Notes: generated by a model from the sequence alone, not told the origin. 64,000 bases of DNA from an uncultured Nitrososphaeraceae archaeon (GCA_963729045.1 CAVSMN010000018.1:1-64000), one strand, 5' to 3'. Positions 10,633 through 21,390 are shown, counted from the stretch's first letter. Made by a program: numbers and translations.

Positions 10633-11253
10633 ATGGATATGCATGATGATAACGATGGTGAAATTTATCACCCACTGACATTTGTTGACCAATTAGAAAA
10701 AAACAAACATATAGTGTTATTATATGATGACCAAAAATATGCCTTTTGGATAATAGCTAGGTATTTTTTAAATGGTCTTAATAAGGGTGAATCATGTATT
10801 TTCTTTACTTCAGATAATCCAGATGAAATTGAAAATAGATTAAACAAGGAAGGTATTGATGTAAGATATTATAAAAATAATAACTTGTTACGTATCTATA
10901 CCATTGAAAGATCGGATGATAATAAACGGGATACTTTAAGCGTGCTTAAGCATATAAGAAAAGATGCCACCATAGGAATGAAGCCCCCATTTAGATTTGC
11001 AGGAAGAACAATAACAGATACAGAAACAAAGGAAGGAATGAAACTTGGCATTGTTTTGGAAGAAGTTGGGCATGAAAATTTTGACAGTTTTAATAATTCA
11101 CAAATGTGTTTTTATGATATCTCTAAAATAGAAAAATCGATGAGACCAAGATGGATCCACGATCTTTTGAAAGCTCATCACTGTGTTATCTACGCATCAG
11201 AACCTAATAAAGCAGTAGCATTTGATACTAATCTACTTGAGGATGAAGATTAA
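10633..11253 (+). CDS. MEDS-domain sensory protein
   Basis: HIVLLY...YFLNGLNKGESCIF...CFYD...HHCVI. Confidence 0.75.
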   Translation: MDMHDDNDGEIYHPLTFVDQLEKNKHIVLLYDDQKYAFWIIARYFLNGLNKGESCIFFTSDNPDEIENRLNKEGIDVRYYKNNNLLRIYTIERSDDNKRDTLSVLKHIRKDATIGMKPPFRFAGRTITDTETKEGMKLGIVLEEVGHENFDSFNNSQMCFYDISKIEKSMRPRWIHDLLKAHHCVIYASEPNKAVAFDTNLLEDED

Positions 11254-11495
11254 TGAGAAAATATAGGACTGAAGTACCACAGTCAAAACCTTTTTTGAAT
11301 TCTTTATTGGATAAAATTGAATAAGTTTTCTATAAAATATTATTTTTGTATTTGTCCCGTCGAGTATTGCCAGAGTTCAAATCCCTATGCCGTTGATGTG
11401 AGAAAAAGACAATACAAAAACTAAAAGACATAGACCTTAAATAATCTAACCAGTAGTTTTCAAAAAGCTTAAATCATTTATCCTCATACTGGCGC

Positions 11496-11546
11496 TTAGA
11501 ATCCCATTTAAAATAAAAATACCGATATCGGCACTAATCCATACGG
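11496..11546 (+). repeat. Array site 7 (B with a 6-bp duplication, R2)
   Basis: TTAGAATCCCATTTAAAATAAAAATACCGATATCGGCACTAATCCATACGG-CCCCGCAATAAATTTGA. Confidence 0.85.
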
Positions 11547-11935
11547 CCCCGCAATAAATTTGAAAATTTTTGGATTCAATCTAAAAAATTTGATGAGATC
11601 TATAAGCAAAATATAAGCAAAATATAAAAAACCTTGTTTATCTGATCCCATTCACCCGATAAGAAGAAAGAAATAAGAATCATCCTCTATATTATCGCTC
11701 AAAACATATATACTCAGAATATTAAGTAGACCAGATTATTTGTATGAATCATCACCTTGATTTAGAATTTTTTAATCGGTCACCATAACAATACAAATTC
11801 AACATATGTAACAGATAAAATATGAAATAACATCTGAGTCATAATAAGTAGCAGTAAGAAACATTTCAATACAGGAAAAAACAAGGACAGAATTAATATC
11901 TTTATTAGGCATCTGCAAAAACATATGATTATGAT

Positions 11936-12508
11936 TTGTTCTTAGAAAATAGAAAACAAAAAAAAGAAAAGGTCATAGAACTCTACCTAGAGGGTAAAAC
12001 AGTAAGGGAGATTGCAAAAATCGTCCACATGTCGTTTAGTGATATTGGCGAAATCGTAAAAGAATATAACGAGCTAAAAACAAGGGAGAGCCTCAAGGGG
12101 GATACAATCATATCTGATGAAACCAAAGCGATTGAGCTTTTTTCTAAAGGGAAAAGACCAATTGAAGTAAAGATAGCCTTGAACATTAGTACTGAAGAAG
12201 TAGAGATATACTACAAGGCTTATTGGAAATTAGTAGGACTACATCAACTATATAAATACTATGAAACTGGGATAAAAAATGATCTACCTTCTTTTCTAAA
12301 GTTATATAGTAAAGCAAAAGAACTAGGAATATCAAATGACGATGTTATTAGAGCGTTAAAATATTTAAATGACATTCCATTTTTGGGAATAAGGTTTAAA
12401 CAACTAGAAAATAAAATCAAGAATTTGACCATTAGAAAAGAACATCTTATTTCCGAATTAGATGAACTGGAATTTAGCATAAATAAATTTAAAAATTCAT
12501 TTGAATAA
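11936..12508 (+). CDS. Double-HTH / coiled-coil protein, probably element-associated
   Basis: KVIELYLEGKTVREIAKIVHMSFSDI HTH, second HTH-like segment, C-terminal coiled coil. Confidence 0.7.
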   Translation: MFLENRKQKKEKVIELYLEGKTVREIAKIVHMSFSDIGEIVKEYNELKTRESLKGDTIISDETKAIELFSKGKRPIEVKIALNISTEEVEIYYKAYWKLVGLHQLYKYYETGIKNDLPSFLKLYSKAKELGISNDDVIRALKYLNDIPFLGIRFKQLENKIKNLTIRKEHLISELDELEFSINKFKNSFE

Positions 12509-12544
12509 ATCTAAAAAGAAGCAATACAAGTTATCCATTAAATC

Positions 12545-12835
12545 AAAATAAAAGGAAAAATTAAGAAAAGACACCAATTTCAGGCTGTTCATTCATTGCG
12601 TAAATGGTTCAAAACTCGAGCTGAAAACGGTGGAATGAAACCAATTAATGTGGAGATTTTGCTTTGTCTCAGCCTGGGAATAAGTTCGTCCTATTACCGC
12701 CTTACAGAAACAGATTTACTTGAAGACTATTGGAAAGTTTTAGATCAGTTGACATTTGATAAACAAGAAAAAATGGAAAGGGAATTGCAGAGAAATCATG
12801 AAGAAATTCAAGAAGAAGAACCCATAGCAGCCTAA
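12545..12835 (+). pseudogene. Tyrosine recombinase/integrase C-terminal fragment
   Basis: KRHQFQAVHSLRKWFKTRAE...INVEILLCLSLGISSSYYR contains the HxxR box and the catalytic-Tyr region. The GH motif is decayed and the N-terminus is absent. Confidence 0.8.
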
Positions 12836-12891
12836 TTTTTGAATTTTTTTTTATTTTGATGTGTAGATTGGCTAATACAAAGTAAAATTAC

Positions 12892-12929
12892 ATAGAACCC
12901 TACTATCACAAGGAACTTAATTCCCACGC
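12892..12929 (+). repeat. Array site 8 (A, R3)
   Basis: ATAGAACCCTACTATCACAAGGAACTTAATTCCCACGC-GCCCAAACT. Confidence 0.9.
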
Positions 12930-13172
12930 GCCCAAACTAGTCGTTCTGTATCGACATATTGAATTGCGTTATCTGTAAAAACATTGCAAATTGAATCACA
13001 TCTGACTCACCTGATACCAACCATTTTTGAATTGGTGATGTTTTCAAGAGTTCAATCAGGATTATACACTTTCATAACTCCATCCATATGGGTGTTTACT
13101 AACTTAGGGTCATTTGTTTGATAATCTGCAAGAACTTGTTTTTATATATTAGAAAAGATAAATGTATTGTTT

Positions 13173-14108
13173 TTAAATTAAATCCAATAACCTTACCACA
13201 ATAAAGTCGTTATCATGGAGATACTTCATTTCTGCCTTGAATAGTTCAAGGCTTGTAGTGTAAAATCCACTCTTCTTATCAATATCATGATATATTAGCA
13301 CAGGTATAGCTTTTATTTCATTATCTTTATTGTATTTATTCTGGCTTTCAACAACCTGGATAAACTTTTGTAGCATCTGGTTATCGTCATATCCTTTTGC
13401 TTCTCTATCCGCATCATGACTCCACCCAACAATTGAATATTTACCACTCTTATTGACGTCGTTACCCAAAGAAGAACAATCTATCTTATTCATCATAGTG
13501 TCTGAACCACCTAATTGACATTGAAGGAATTCTAATGGATCATTACCCGTTCTTGCCAAATCATAGTGTTTGGAAACCTCCTTCAGTATAAAAGGATCAT
13601 CAGATCCTCCGTTTTTTGGATATGTGAATACTCTGACCTCCTTGACGCCATTATCCAAAAGACATTTTTTTGACTCGCTTATTTCGTATTCTGATACGTT
13701 ATTGGGTACATCCTCAAGTTTAATATGATTCATAGAATGAGAGCCTACATCATATCCTTCTTTTTCTAGCTGCACTATATCATTCCAGTTTAAATGGCCA
13801 CTCTTTGATACATTGTTACATATAATAGAGAAAGTTGCAGTATAGTTGTATCCGTCAAGTATTGGTTTTGCATTAGTTATTTGTCCCTTTTTTCCATCAT
13901 CAAATGTAATAATAGCTAGTTTTTTTCCATTGTTGTGAGGCAAGATCTCGGATATATTGTTCGCTGCTTGACTGCTTTTATTGTCAAGAGTGCCATTTGC
14001 TTCTAGAATAATACTCTTATCGGGCGTATTATCGAGTAAGGTATTAATGCCAATCTGAACTAAAAACAGAACTACTACCGTTATCAATACATTTCTAAAA
14101 ACTATCAA
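13173..14108 (-). CDS. Polysaccharide deacetylase (NodB/CE4), exported
   Basis: ITFDDG, GSHSMNH, FTYP and LIYH motifs; N-terminal TM helix. Confidence 0.85.
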   Translation of the reverse strand: MIVFRNVLITVVVLFLVQIGINTLLDNTPDKSIILEANGTLDNKSSQAANNISEILPHNNGKKLAIITFDDGKKGQITNAKPILDGYNYTATFSIICNNVSKSGHLNWNDIVQLEKEGYDVGSHSMNHIKLEDVPNNVSEYEISESKKCLLDNGVKEVRVFTYPKNGGSDDPFILKEVSKHYDLARTGNDPLEFLQCQLGGSDTMMNKIDCSSLGNDVNKSGKYSIVGWSHDADREAKGYDDNQMLQKFIQVVESQNKYNKDNEIKAIPVLIYHDIDKKSGFYTTSLELFKAEMKYLHDNDFIVVRLLDLI

Positions 14109-14419
14109 TCTACTTTAGAATTATTAATTTACCTTATAAGTTCATCTTCTACCAATTCAACTAATGATATAGATAGTTTTCATGCTCAAGGTCAAATATC
14201 TAATCAGACGAATTAAAATCAAATTTAATATCGCATCACTATTCTTAAAAAAGATATATGTATCTGAACCTATAGGAATTGAGCCCTTTTTTATCTGTGA
14301 AAATGCAGCAGAAACCACCGGACCCAATCCATTGGTACGCTTCCGATAAGGAGTGATGTAAATTTTGATAAATGGCAATTTCACATAAAGTTTTTAAGAA
14401 ATACTATTCTCTTATTTAG

Positions 14420-14463
14420 TAGAATCCCATATAAAATACCGATATCAGCACTAATCCCCACGA
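14420..14463 (+). repeat. Array site 9 (B, R1-like)
   Basis: TAGAATCCCATATAAAATACCGATATCAGCACTAATCCCCACGA-ATGAATACT. Confidence 0.9.
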
Positions 14464-14571
14464 ATGAATACTACAACTACTTATCCGAGTATTGACATGA
14501 TTAAGTTCAAAAATAAGAATTACGCTTGTATTTAAGATATTCTTAAATATTTAATTATTTCATACAGTCCG

Positions 14572-15441
14572 ATGTTAAAAGATATCCTTGTTTCACGGAA
14601 GATTTCTTTCATGTCTTATTATGTTATATTTATTTTCTTTGGAGTTTTTGTGACAGGCATCACAGTATTCAATGCTGATAATACACTCTCCTTTGCAAGG
14701 CATTATACAATGGATTCTACTTATCAGGTAAAACTAGGAGAATCTTATGAACCAAAAATTTTGTCTATTAATTATCAAGTTGAACCAGCATTTTCTAAAA
14801 TTTCAAGTGTCAATCCTACTACTAATAGCGGCAGTAACAGCAGTATTAATACATTTAGAGACAACTCAGAATTTAGACAAGACATTAGTGGAAAATATAC
14901 AAATCCTAATTATGGTATAACAGAATTTGAAATTCCCACCGGCTGGTTTGCAACAGAAAGTATGAATGGCGATAATGGTATTATCCTTACTATGCTTCCC
15001 GGAACAACTGAAGAATTTTTCACAAAGTTAAATTCTCTGTCTAACAATGAGACACTGCCTGTAATGAATCTTGTTGTACAAGATAAGGAAGATCTGAGAG
15101 AACGACAAATGTCATCTTCTTTGTCTGCTGCTGGGCCATCAAATCTTTCCACGGAGTGTACAGAATTGACCTCCAATTCGACCACTATGATAAACGATAA
15201 ACAGTTTCAAATTTCAACAATGAAATGCTCAACAGCGGATAAAACATCTATAGCAGATGGTATTGACTTTGGTCATGAAGAAATAACAAAGGCTTACAGA
15301 TATGATGCACCTACTACAATGTATGTCCTACAATTGGTATTATCTAGTGACTATTCATCAAATCAAATAGTAAATGATGCATACTTATCTAAATTCCAAC
15401 CAGTCATAGATGATGCAATTCAAACATTAAAAATAGGATGA
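14572..15441 (+). CDS. Exported hypothetical protein
   Basis: N-terminal TM helix; YTNPNYG...IPTGW motif reminiscent of PsbP-like folds. Confidence 0.7.
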   Translation: MLKDILVSRKISFMSYYVIFIFFGVFVTGITVFNADNTLSFARHYTMDSTYQVKLGESYEPKILSINYQVEPAFSKISSVNPTTNSGSNSSINTFRDNSEFRQDISGKYTNPNYGITEFEIPTGWFATESMNGDNGIILTMLPGTTEEFFTKLNSLSNNETLPVMNLVVQDKEDLRERQMSSSLSAAGPSNLSTECTELTSNSTTMINDKQFQISTMKCSTADKTSIADGIDFGHEEITKAYRYDAPTTMYVLQLVLSSDYSSNQIVNDAYLSKFQPVIDDAIQTLKIG

Positions 15442-15496
15442 TAGCCAAAGATTCTGATTTGGTTATTTTTCATTAATTTTACAATATTGCTTGTCA

Positions 15497-15530
15497 GGAT
15501 TCTATTCAACCTTGAATCGTATCCCTACGG
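15497..15530 (+). repeat. Array site 10 (C, R1)
   Basis: GGATTCTATTCAACCTTGAATCGTATCCCTACGG-ATGAGAACTGTT. Confidence 0.9.
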
Positions 15531-15702
15531 ATGAGAACTGTTACTGACAATCTTACTAATTATTAAATTACGAAGACTGGATCTGGATGATAGAAGTAAA
15601 ACAAGAAATTAATTCTAGGACCTACCATATAGCAAATCATTATTTAGCTTCTATTAATGAGCAAATAACCGAACCAATTGTTCTAAAAAGTTATAGCTCT
15701 TA

Positions 15703-16080
15703 TTAGTCAGTTCCCCAAGGATTATCTATTACAAACTTCCATGTTCCATCACCTTGTTGACGTAGCACATCTGCAGATTTGGCCACCATATTAACGGGAT
15801 TACCATCAGCTCCAGTTCCGCTAAATGACCATTCCGTAGTTACTAGAGCAAGATCACTTGCTTGAAGTACTCTCTTAACCTTTAGATCCAATTTACCTTT
15901 CAAGTCAATGAAATTACGTAGACATTGGCGTATGGATTCTGGATCCTTTGCAAGCTGTCCTGGCTGGGTTGCAAAACATGCCCCAGCCTCATAGAGTGTC
16001 ATGAGGGAATCCATATTTCCTGTGTTTATACCTTCAACTACTGAACTCAATACTTCTTCAGGTGTCATTCTTTTAGACAT
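15703..16080 (-). CDS. NTF2-like / YybH (DUF4440) protein
   Basis: DVLRQQGDGTWKFVIDNPWG; likely start is MSKRMT at 16080. Confidence 0.8.
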   Translation of the reverse strand: MSKRMTPEEVLSSVVEGINTGNMDSLMTLYEAGACFATQPGQLAKDPESIRQCLRNFIDLKGKLDLKVKRVLQASDLALVTTEWSFSGTGADGNPVNMVAKSADVLRQQGDGTWKFVIDNPWGTD

Positions 16081-16188
16081 AAAGGGATTTTTGTAATATC
16101 TTACTTTAAGTTTATCATAAAAAAGGAGATAGTCAAACAGCCTAAACTTGTTCACCATTTTCAATTCCTGTATAGAATATTGGTGTTA

Positions 16189-16228
16189 TATTAGAACCCT
16201 ATTACCACAAGGAACTTAATCCCACCAG
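16189..16228 (+). repeat. Array site 11 (A, R2)
   Basis: TATTAGAACCCTATTACCACAAGGAACTTAATCCCACCAG-ACCCGCGATAATTTGACC. Confidence 0.9.
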
Positions 16229-16519
16229 ACCCGCGATAATTTGACCATAATTTGGGATTCAGTTTTGATAAGACTGAAATATTACCGTGTTTATCATCCT
16301 TTAATATAATGTAAAAATGTCTGCGCACATCTTTGACCCATAACGATCAAAAACAATCCAAATTGTGATTTCCTTGCAGTGTTAGCCATGATTTCATCTA
16401 TCACAATTAGAGAGAACATGTGATTAAACTGATGACTTATTTCATAAACAACTCAGATAATGGAACCACTTAATCGATTACCTATTGTATTGTAAAACGT
16501 AAAGATCTCACACAAACTG

Positions 16520-16955
16520 ATTGAGGTTAGGTTAGGTGGTTGTATGGATGCACAACGACAAGCAATAAACAATTCCAACTTTCTGAATGAAAGGGACATA
16601 GGTAAAGCCGTATCTGACTAGACATGTGATTACAACAATAAACACGATGCAAACAAAACAAGATTAATCAGTTTACATGGAGAAATTATCTTTGTGTTTC
16701 CATGACTGTTACCAGGGCAGCTAAAAATGATTAGATATATAACTCTTCATATTTGAAAAGTGAACGTTCTGCTTATGAAGTCTTCTGTAACTCTAAATTC
16801 TTGAAAATAAATTTAGATCCGGTTACCTCGAAATGTTTCTGCCCTAAAAGATCGAAAGTACAGGGATCAAACCTATGAAATTTGAAGAGTTTGCGCTTTT
16901 CGCCTAAGAAAATTATGGGGGTCATGAAACTGCAGGACACAAACCTAACCTCAAT
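16520..16955. mobile_element. Candidate MITE or IS remnant
   Basis: Perfect 14-bp inverted repeat: ATTGAGGTTAGGTT (16520-16533) and AACCTAACCTCAAT (16942-16955); no long ORF inside. Confidence 0.5.
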
Positions 16956-17128
16956 TTTAATAAGCGGTTACCTAACCCACCTATAAGTTAGAAAGCAACT
17001 AGCAAATATCGGTGTCTGAAAAAGTTTATCGCTGTTAATATAACCTTATATGATATAATCCATTTTCACAGTTCAATGAATAAGAATATTTATGACAGAA
17101 AAATGGAGTATATAAAGGAGGTAATATT

Positions 17129-17455
17129 ATGGTGGAAGTAGTAGAGCTTTCCATTACTCCGACTGGAGGGTATCCCGGGGTCTACAAGGTGGACATCAGC
17201 GGTTCCGGCTTCGTGCCAAATCAGACGGTGTATTGGCGATTACGGGGCGAGGACCCGGGGTCTGAAGATTTTATCAGTGCTCCTAGTGGCGGAGGCGTCG
17301 TCGGCCCAGATGGGACGTTCTTCTTCACTGATAGCGCTACCGGCGCGAACTTGAACGAGGACTGGGGGGGCCAAGACGAGGTCTTTGCCGACGTATACTA
17401 TACTTATGTTGGCGGGTCTCACCACAAGTCCAACACGATCAAACGCAACTTCTGA
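17129..17455 (+). CDS. GC-rich hypothetical protein, possibly Ig-like
   Basis: AAGGAGGT RBS; composition far more GC-rich than the flanks. Confidence 0.75.
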   Translation: MVEVVELSITPTGGYPGVYKVDISGSGFVPNQTVYWRLRGEDPGSEDFISAPSGGGVVGPDGTFFFTDSATGANLNEDWGGQDEVFADVYYTYVGGSHHKSNTIKRNF

Positions 17456-17789
17456 ATTCCGATTGCTGCAGCTATGACTGAGTTAAGCATGCTGCAGTGC
17501 CCGAAATCAGCGCGTTTGGGAAGGAGTTAAGCTTAGACAAATAATGAGGAATCCATCTATTAAGATATGTTACAACATTGGAATCTTTCAGAGAACTAAA
17601 TCCGAAATCAGACAAATGAAATACTTCATGCGTAATTGCATATGCAATTTCCCACCCCATACAACCCATGTCTTTGGACATTCGTTAACAGTTGTGTAAA
17701 AAATGGCGTATATGTTTGTGTAAATTTATAGTGTTTGTTTAGACATCATATCGTAACATCTTTAGCTTTCTATTTTGAATTATCTTTAT

Positions 17790-18640
17790 TATGAGTGATA
17801 TTTTCCTCATGTTGATTTCTGATAATGAAATAAACAAGTTGTATGGTATGATGCAAATTGGGAATGAAGAATCTAGTTATCGTTTCAAGATCATTCTGTT
17901 TAAGAATAAAGAATATACAGTTCCTGAGATAAGGATGGCTATCAATCATCACTATGTCGACATAAGAAAATGGATACATCGATTCAATGAACATGGTGTC
18001 GAGGACTAGTATCAAGAATATACAAGTACAGGTCAATCAAGGTAACGACAGGGATTGAGAAAGGATTGTAGAGATACCACCCAAAATCCAAGAGAAGGTT
18101 ATGGTCTACCTTTCTCAAAGTGGTATTTAAGGGTACTAGCAGGGTACATATCCAAGGAACTTAACCTTGTTAATTCCACAAGTCATACTCAGGTTAGAAA
18201 CATACTTGTTAAATACGGAATAAAATACAGGCGATCTAAGGTCACGCTAGGAAATAACTTGGATCCAGAATACCATTTGAAAAAAAGAGGATTGAAGGAC
18301 TAAGGTAAAATAAGTTACCTGTTGACTAGGTCCTTCTTTACGAAGAGGAGAAGGGTCCTTTAGTAACAAAAACATATGGAGGTATCCCATGGTCTTCCAT
18401 CCAGTCAAAGATATAAAAGGCTCAAAAGATAAAAGGCATTCTAAATGTGTTTGGCGTCTATGACCATACTAACGACCAGATGTGGACACACGGCTACAAA
18501 AAGAAAACCGGATAATAGTTCTTTGATTTTATCAAACGAGTGGATCAAAAATATGACTATAGCATAAAGCAAATTTTTCTAGTTCTGGATAACGTATCAA
18601 TCTATAGATCAAATAAGGTAAAGAAAGTTCTTGCCCGATT
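17790..18640 (+). mobile_element. IS630-like transposase pseudogene
   Basis: HTH segments (IRKWIHRFNEHG; W.LRVLA), AAAAAAAG at the ORF junction, LNVFGVYD and FLVLDNVSIYRS DDE segments; several stop codons. Confidence 0.8.
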
Positions 18641-18884
18641 CATAATCGTTTTTCGATTTCTATATTTAATTTGGCAAGCGTCTAATTCGAAATTAGGATC
18701 ATATTCAAATGGATCGTGTTTATTTCAGATAATCATGGCGTATAGTCAGTTTTTGATCGAGGGCCATCCCTTTACTTCCTTACATGTTGATGAAATAAAT
18801 CACAAGTGAATAACTAAGGAAATGACATATGTCATAAATTAATATGTTTAGTATGCGAATATATAATAAGGAATTTTTAAAAAA

Positions 18885-19160
18885 ATGAATTCTAATCATG
18901 TAAAGCGAATTGATTTCACTAAATCGGTAGAATATGATGATAAGGAGGATGTTTATTATGTGAAATCGGTTACTTCAGGAGAGAGATATAAGGTTAATAA
19001 ATTAAAGGATAATAACCATTGGTTTTGCACATGTAAAGGATATTTGTATTCGGCTGGAAACCCCAAGAAATGCAAACATACTCAAAGAATTAGAGTTATT
19101 GATCAGTTGTATAAAAAATATGCTGATAAGATTACAAACTTCGAATTAAAAGATAGATAG
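18885..19160 (+). CDS. SWIM zinc-finger protein
   Basis: CTC...CKH motif. Confidence 0.75.
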   Translation: MNSNHVKRIDFTKSVEYDDKEDVYYVKSVTSGERYKVNKLKDNNHWFCTCKGYLYSAGNPKKCKHTQRIRVIDQLYKKYADKITNFELKDR

Positions 19161-19294
19161 TTGATCTACAGTAAAGTGAACATTATGGATATCTAACAAT
19201 TTTTTTTGAAGAGAAAATCTGCCTCGGTTACATAACTAAACCTTACAAAAGATCTATAGTTGATTTATGTTTTAGATGGGTATTTTTTTGCACT

Positions 19295-19328
19295 GGATTA
19301 TGTTCAACTCTGAATCATATCTCCACGA
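19295..19328 (+). repeat. Array site 12 (C, R2)
   Basis: GGATTATGTTCAACTCTGAATCATATCTCCACGA-GCCCACGATAATTTGACC. Confidence 0.85.
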
Positions 19329-19604
19329 GCCCACGATAATTTGACCATATTCTTGGGTATATTACATTTTATAATACTGCCCTTGAATATATTATTAACA
19401 ATATTCAATAATGTTTTTGTAAGCAAAAGTTAATTCTATTTGTATGAAAGTTATTCATGGATACTGGATTGACTTCTTACATTAATCTAATTAGTATTAT
19501 TCGTCCTTACTTATCTTTTAATCAGCAGTCTAACTTTGATATATTTCACTCTTTACTTTATGGTCGAGATTCATTTTACGAGAGTTCTTGAGTCTCCAAA
19601 TGTA

Positions 19605-20498
19605 TCACTGAGATTCATACGCCTGTTGCAGATCTAGGATATTGATTTTTTTCATTTCTAGCATTACCCTCATTACCCTCTCTGATTTTTCAGTATTTTC
19701 GTCTCCTAACATCTGACCTAAAATAGGCGGAACAATCTGCCATGAAACTCCATATTTGTCCTTAATCCATCCGCACTGTTCAGGTATTCCTTCTTTGGAG
19801 AATTTTTCCCAAAGATCATTTATCTCTTCTTGTGTTTCACAATTGACAACAAACGATATCGCTGGAGTGAATGTAAAATGATGATCCATATTGCTATCAA
19901 GTGCCATGAATTCCTGTCCACCTAGTGAGAATATGGTACGTTTTATTGTTCCTTCAGGTTCATTTTCTTCTACACCATAATGTTCTATATTGATAACACT
20001 TGATTGCTTAAATAATGAAATGTAAAAATTCATTGCTTCCTCTGCTTTTCCAAATTGGTTTCCAAAATACATTAAAAATGGAGCGATTTTTTGAGGACGT
20101 GTTTTCAGATTCAGTTGCCATGAAATGCCATATTTATCTTCAAGCCATCCGAATTTTTCACTAAATGGATATTTGTCAAGTTCCATGAGAACGGTTGATC
20201 CATCAGAAAGATTCTTCCATAACTCATTTAATTCTTGGCTGGTTTCGCAGCTCACAAAAAAGGATATCGCAGGAGTAAATGTGAAATTTGGTCCACCATT
20301 TATAGCAATGAAATTTTGTCCAGCAAGCTGAAATGAAACCGTCATAATGGATCCTTTAGGTTTTCCAGATACTTTTCCACCAGTCTCACCATAATAATTA
20401 ATGTTTTCAATTTTTGAATTTTTGAAGATAGATATATAAAAATTTGCGGCTCCTTCGGCATTGTCGTTGAACCACAAAAATGGAGTAATCTTCTGCAT
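19605..20498 (-). CDS. VOC family protein (PhnB / 3-demethylubiquinone-9 3-methyltransferase-like), two domains
   Basis: QKITPFLWF; GWLEDKYGISWQ and GWIKDKYGVSWQ. Confidence 0.9.
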   Translation of the reverse strand: MQKITPFLWFNDNAEGAANFYISIFKNSKIENINYYGETGGKVSGKPKGSIMTVSFQLAGQNFIAINGGPNFTFTPAISFFVSCETSQELNELWKNLSDGSTVLMELDKYPFSEKFGWLEDKYGISWQLNLKTRPQKIAPFLMYFGNQFGKAEEAMNFYISLFKQSSVINIEHYGVEENEPEGTIKRTIFSLGGQEFMALDSNMDHHFTFTPAISFVVNCETQEEINDLWEKFSKEGIPEQCGWIKDKYGVSWQIVPPILGQMLGDENTEKSERVMRVMLEMKKINILDLQQAYESQ

Positions 20499-20855
20499 TA
20501 GGGTAATCTGTTTAACAAACTATATTATAAGATTTTACTATGGGTTAGAAGATCTCTATGTAGGTTGCCTACATCAAAATTTATCACAGAATCGATTATC
20601 AAATAAACATATCTCATGCGAACTAATATTTCCTCTAAATATCAAGAGAAGATAGTGCGTGCATGAACCCTTGACTATCTAACATGTAAACAAATCCCAT
20701 TTATCCCTAAGAATTTCATATTCATGCATATGTACTCTCTAATATTACAGAAGTAGAAATAGTTATTCATGGTATCTGTGGACATCTTTACTATTAGCAA
20801 ATGGCATTTTCACTTTACTTATTTGGGCCACACTGAGCTATAGTCACCTTGGATC

Positions 20856-21323
20856 TTATTTATATCGTATCCGTAATTTCAGTAATTCATCATGTGATTC
20901 TTCTAAACATTTGGTCAATATGTCAAATAGAAATATCAATTCGTCATCAGAATATCCTGATAAGAGTTTATGCATTCTGGCAGCAAGAGGAGTAAAGATG
21001 GCCTGTAATTTTTTTTCAAGGTCTTTATCTCTAGTCGGCTCTACAATAGTTTTGCGCCTATCTTTAGGATCGCTAACTCTTTTTACGTATCCGGCTTTTT
21101 CTAATCTATCAATTATTCCCGTGACAGCTCCAGTAGTAAAGCCTGTGAGGTCTGCAAGTTTTCCTGCCGGCATAGCACCATAACGGTGGATTAGTTCCAA
21201 TGATTTGTGGTCTGTTATGTGTAAACCAATGATGTCAGCTACAGTTTGATGTAACATTATGGTTTCGGTGGATATCTCTTTAAACCTATTATTAATAGAT
21301 TGGATAATCTGTTCTCGGTCCAT
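20856..21323 (-). CDS. MarR family regulator
   Basis: TTGAVTGIIDRLEKAGYVKR..DPKDRR. Confidence 0.9.
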   Translation of the reverse strand: MDREQIIQSINNRFKEISTETIMLHQTVADIIGLHITDHKSLELIHRYGAMPAGKLADLTGFTTGAVTGIIDRLEKAGYVKRVSDPKDRRKTIVEPTRDKDLEKKLQAIFTPLAARMHKLLSGYSDDELIFLFDILTKCLEESHDELLKLRIRYK

Positions 21324-21361
21324 CGTCTTAACTAAGTAATAATGACAATATTTATAAATAT

Positions 21362-21390
21362 CTTACTCACTAAATATCTTAGTGAATAAG
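21362..21390. promoter_or_regulatory. Palindromic operator, probable MarR site
   Basis: CTTACTCACTAA-ATATC-TTAGTGAATAAG between the divergent marR and methyltransferase genes. Confidence 0.65.

Noticed and set aside
11370..11395. GAGTTCAAATCCC T-loop-like sequence
   Set aside because: No cloverleaf can be built around it; at most a decayed fragment.
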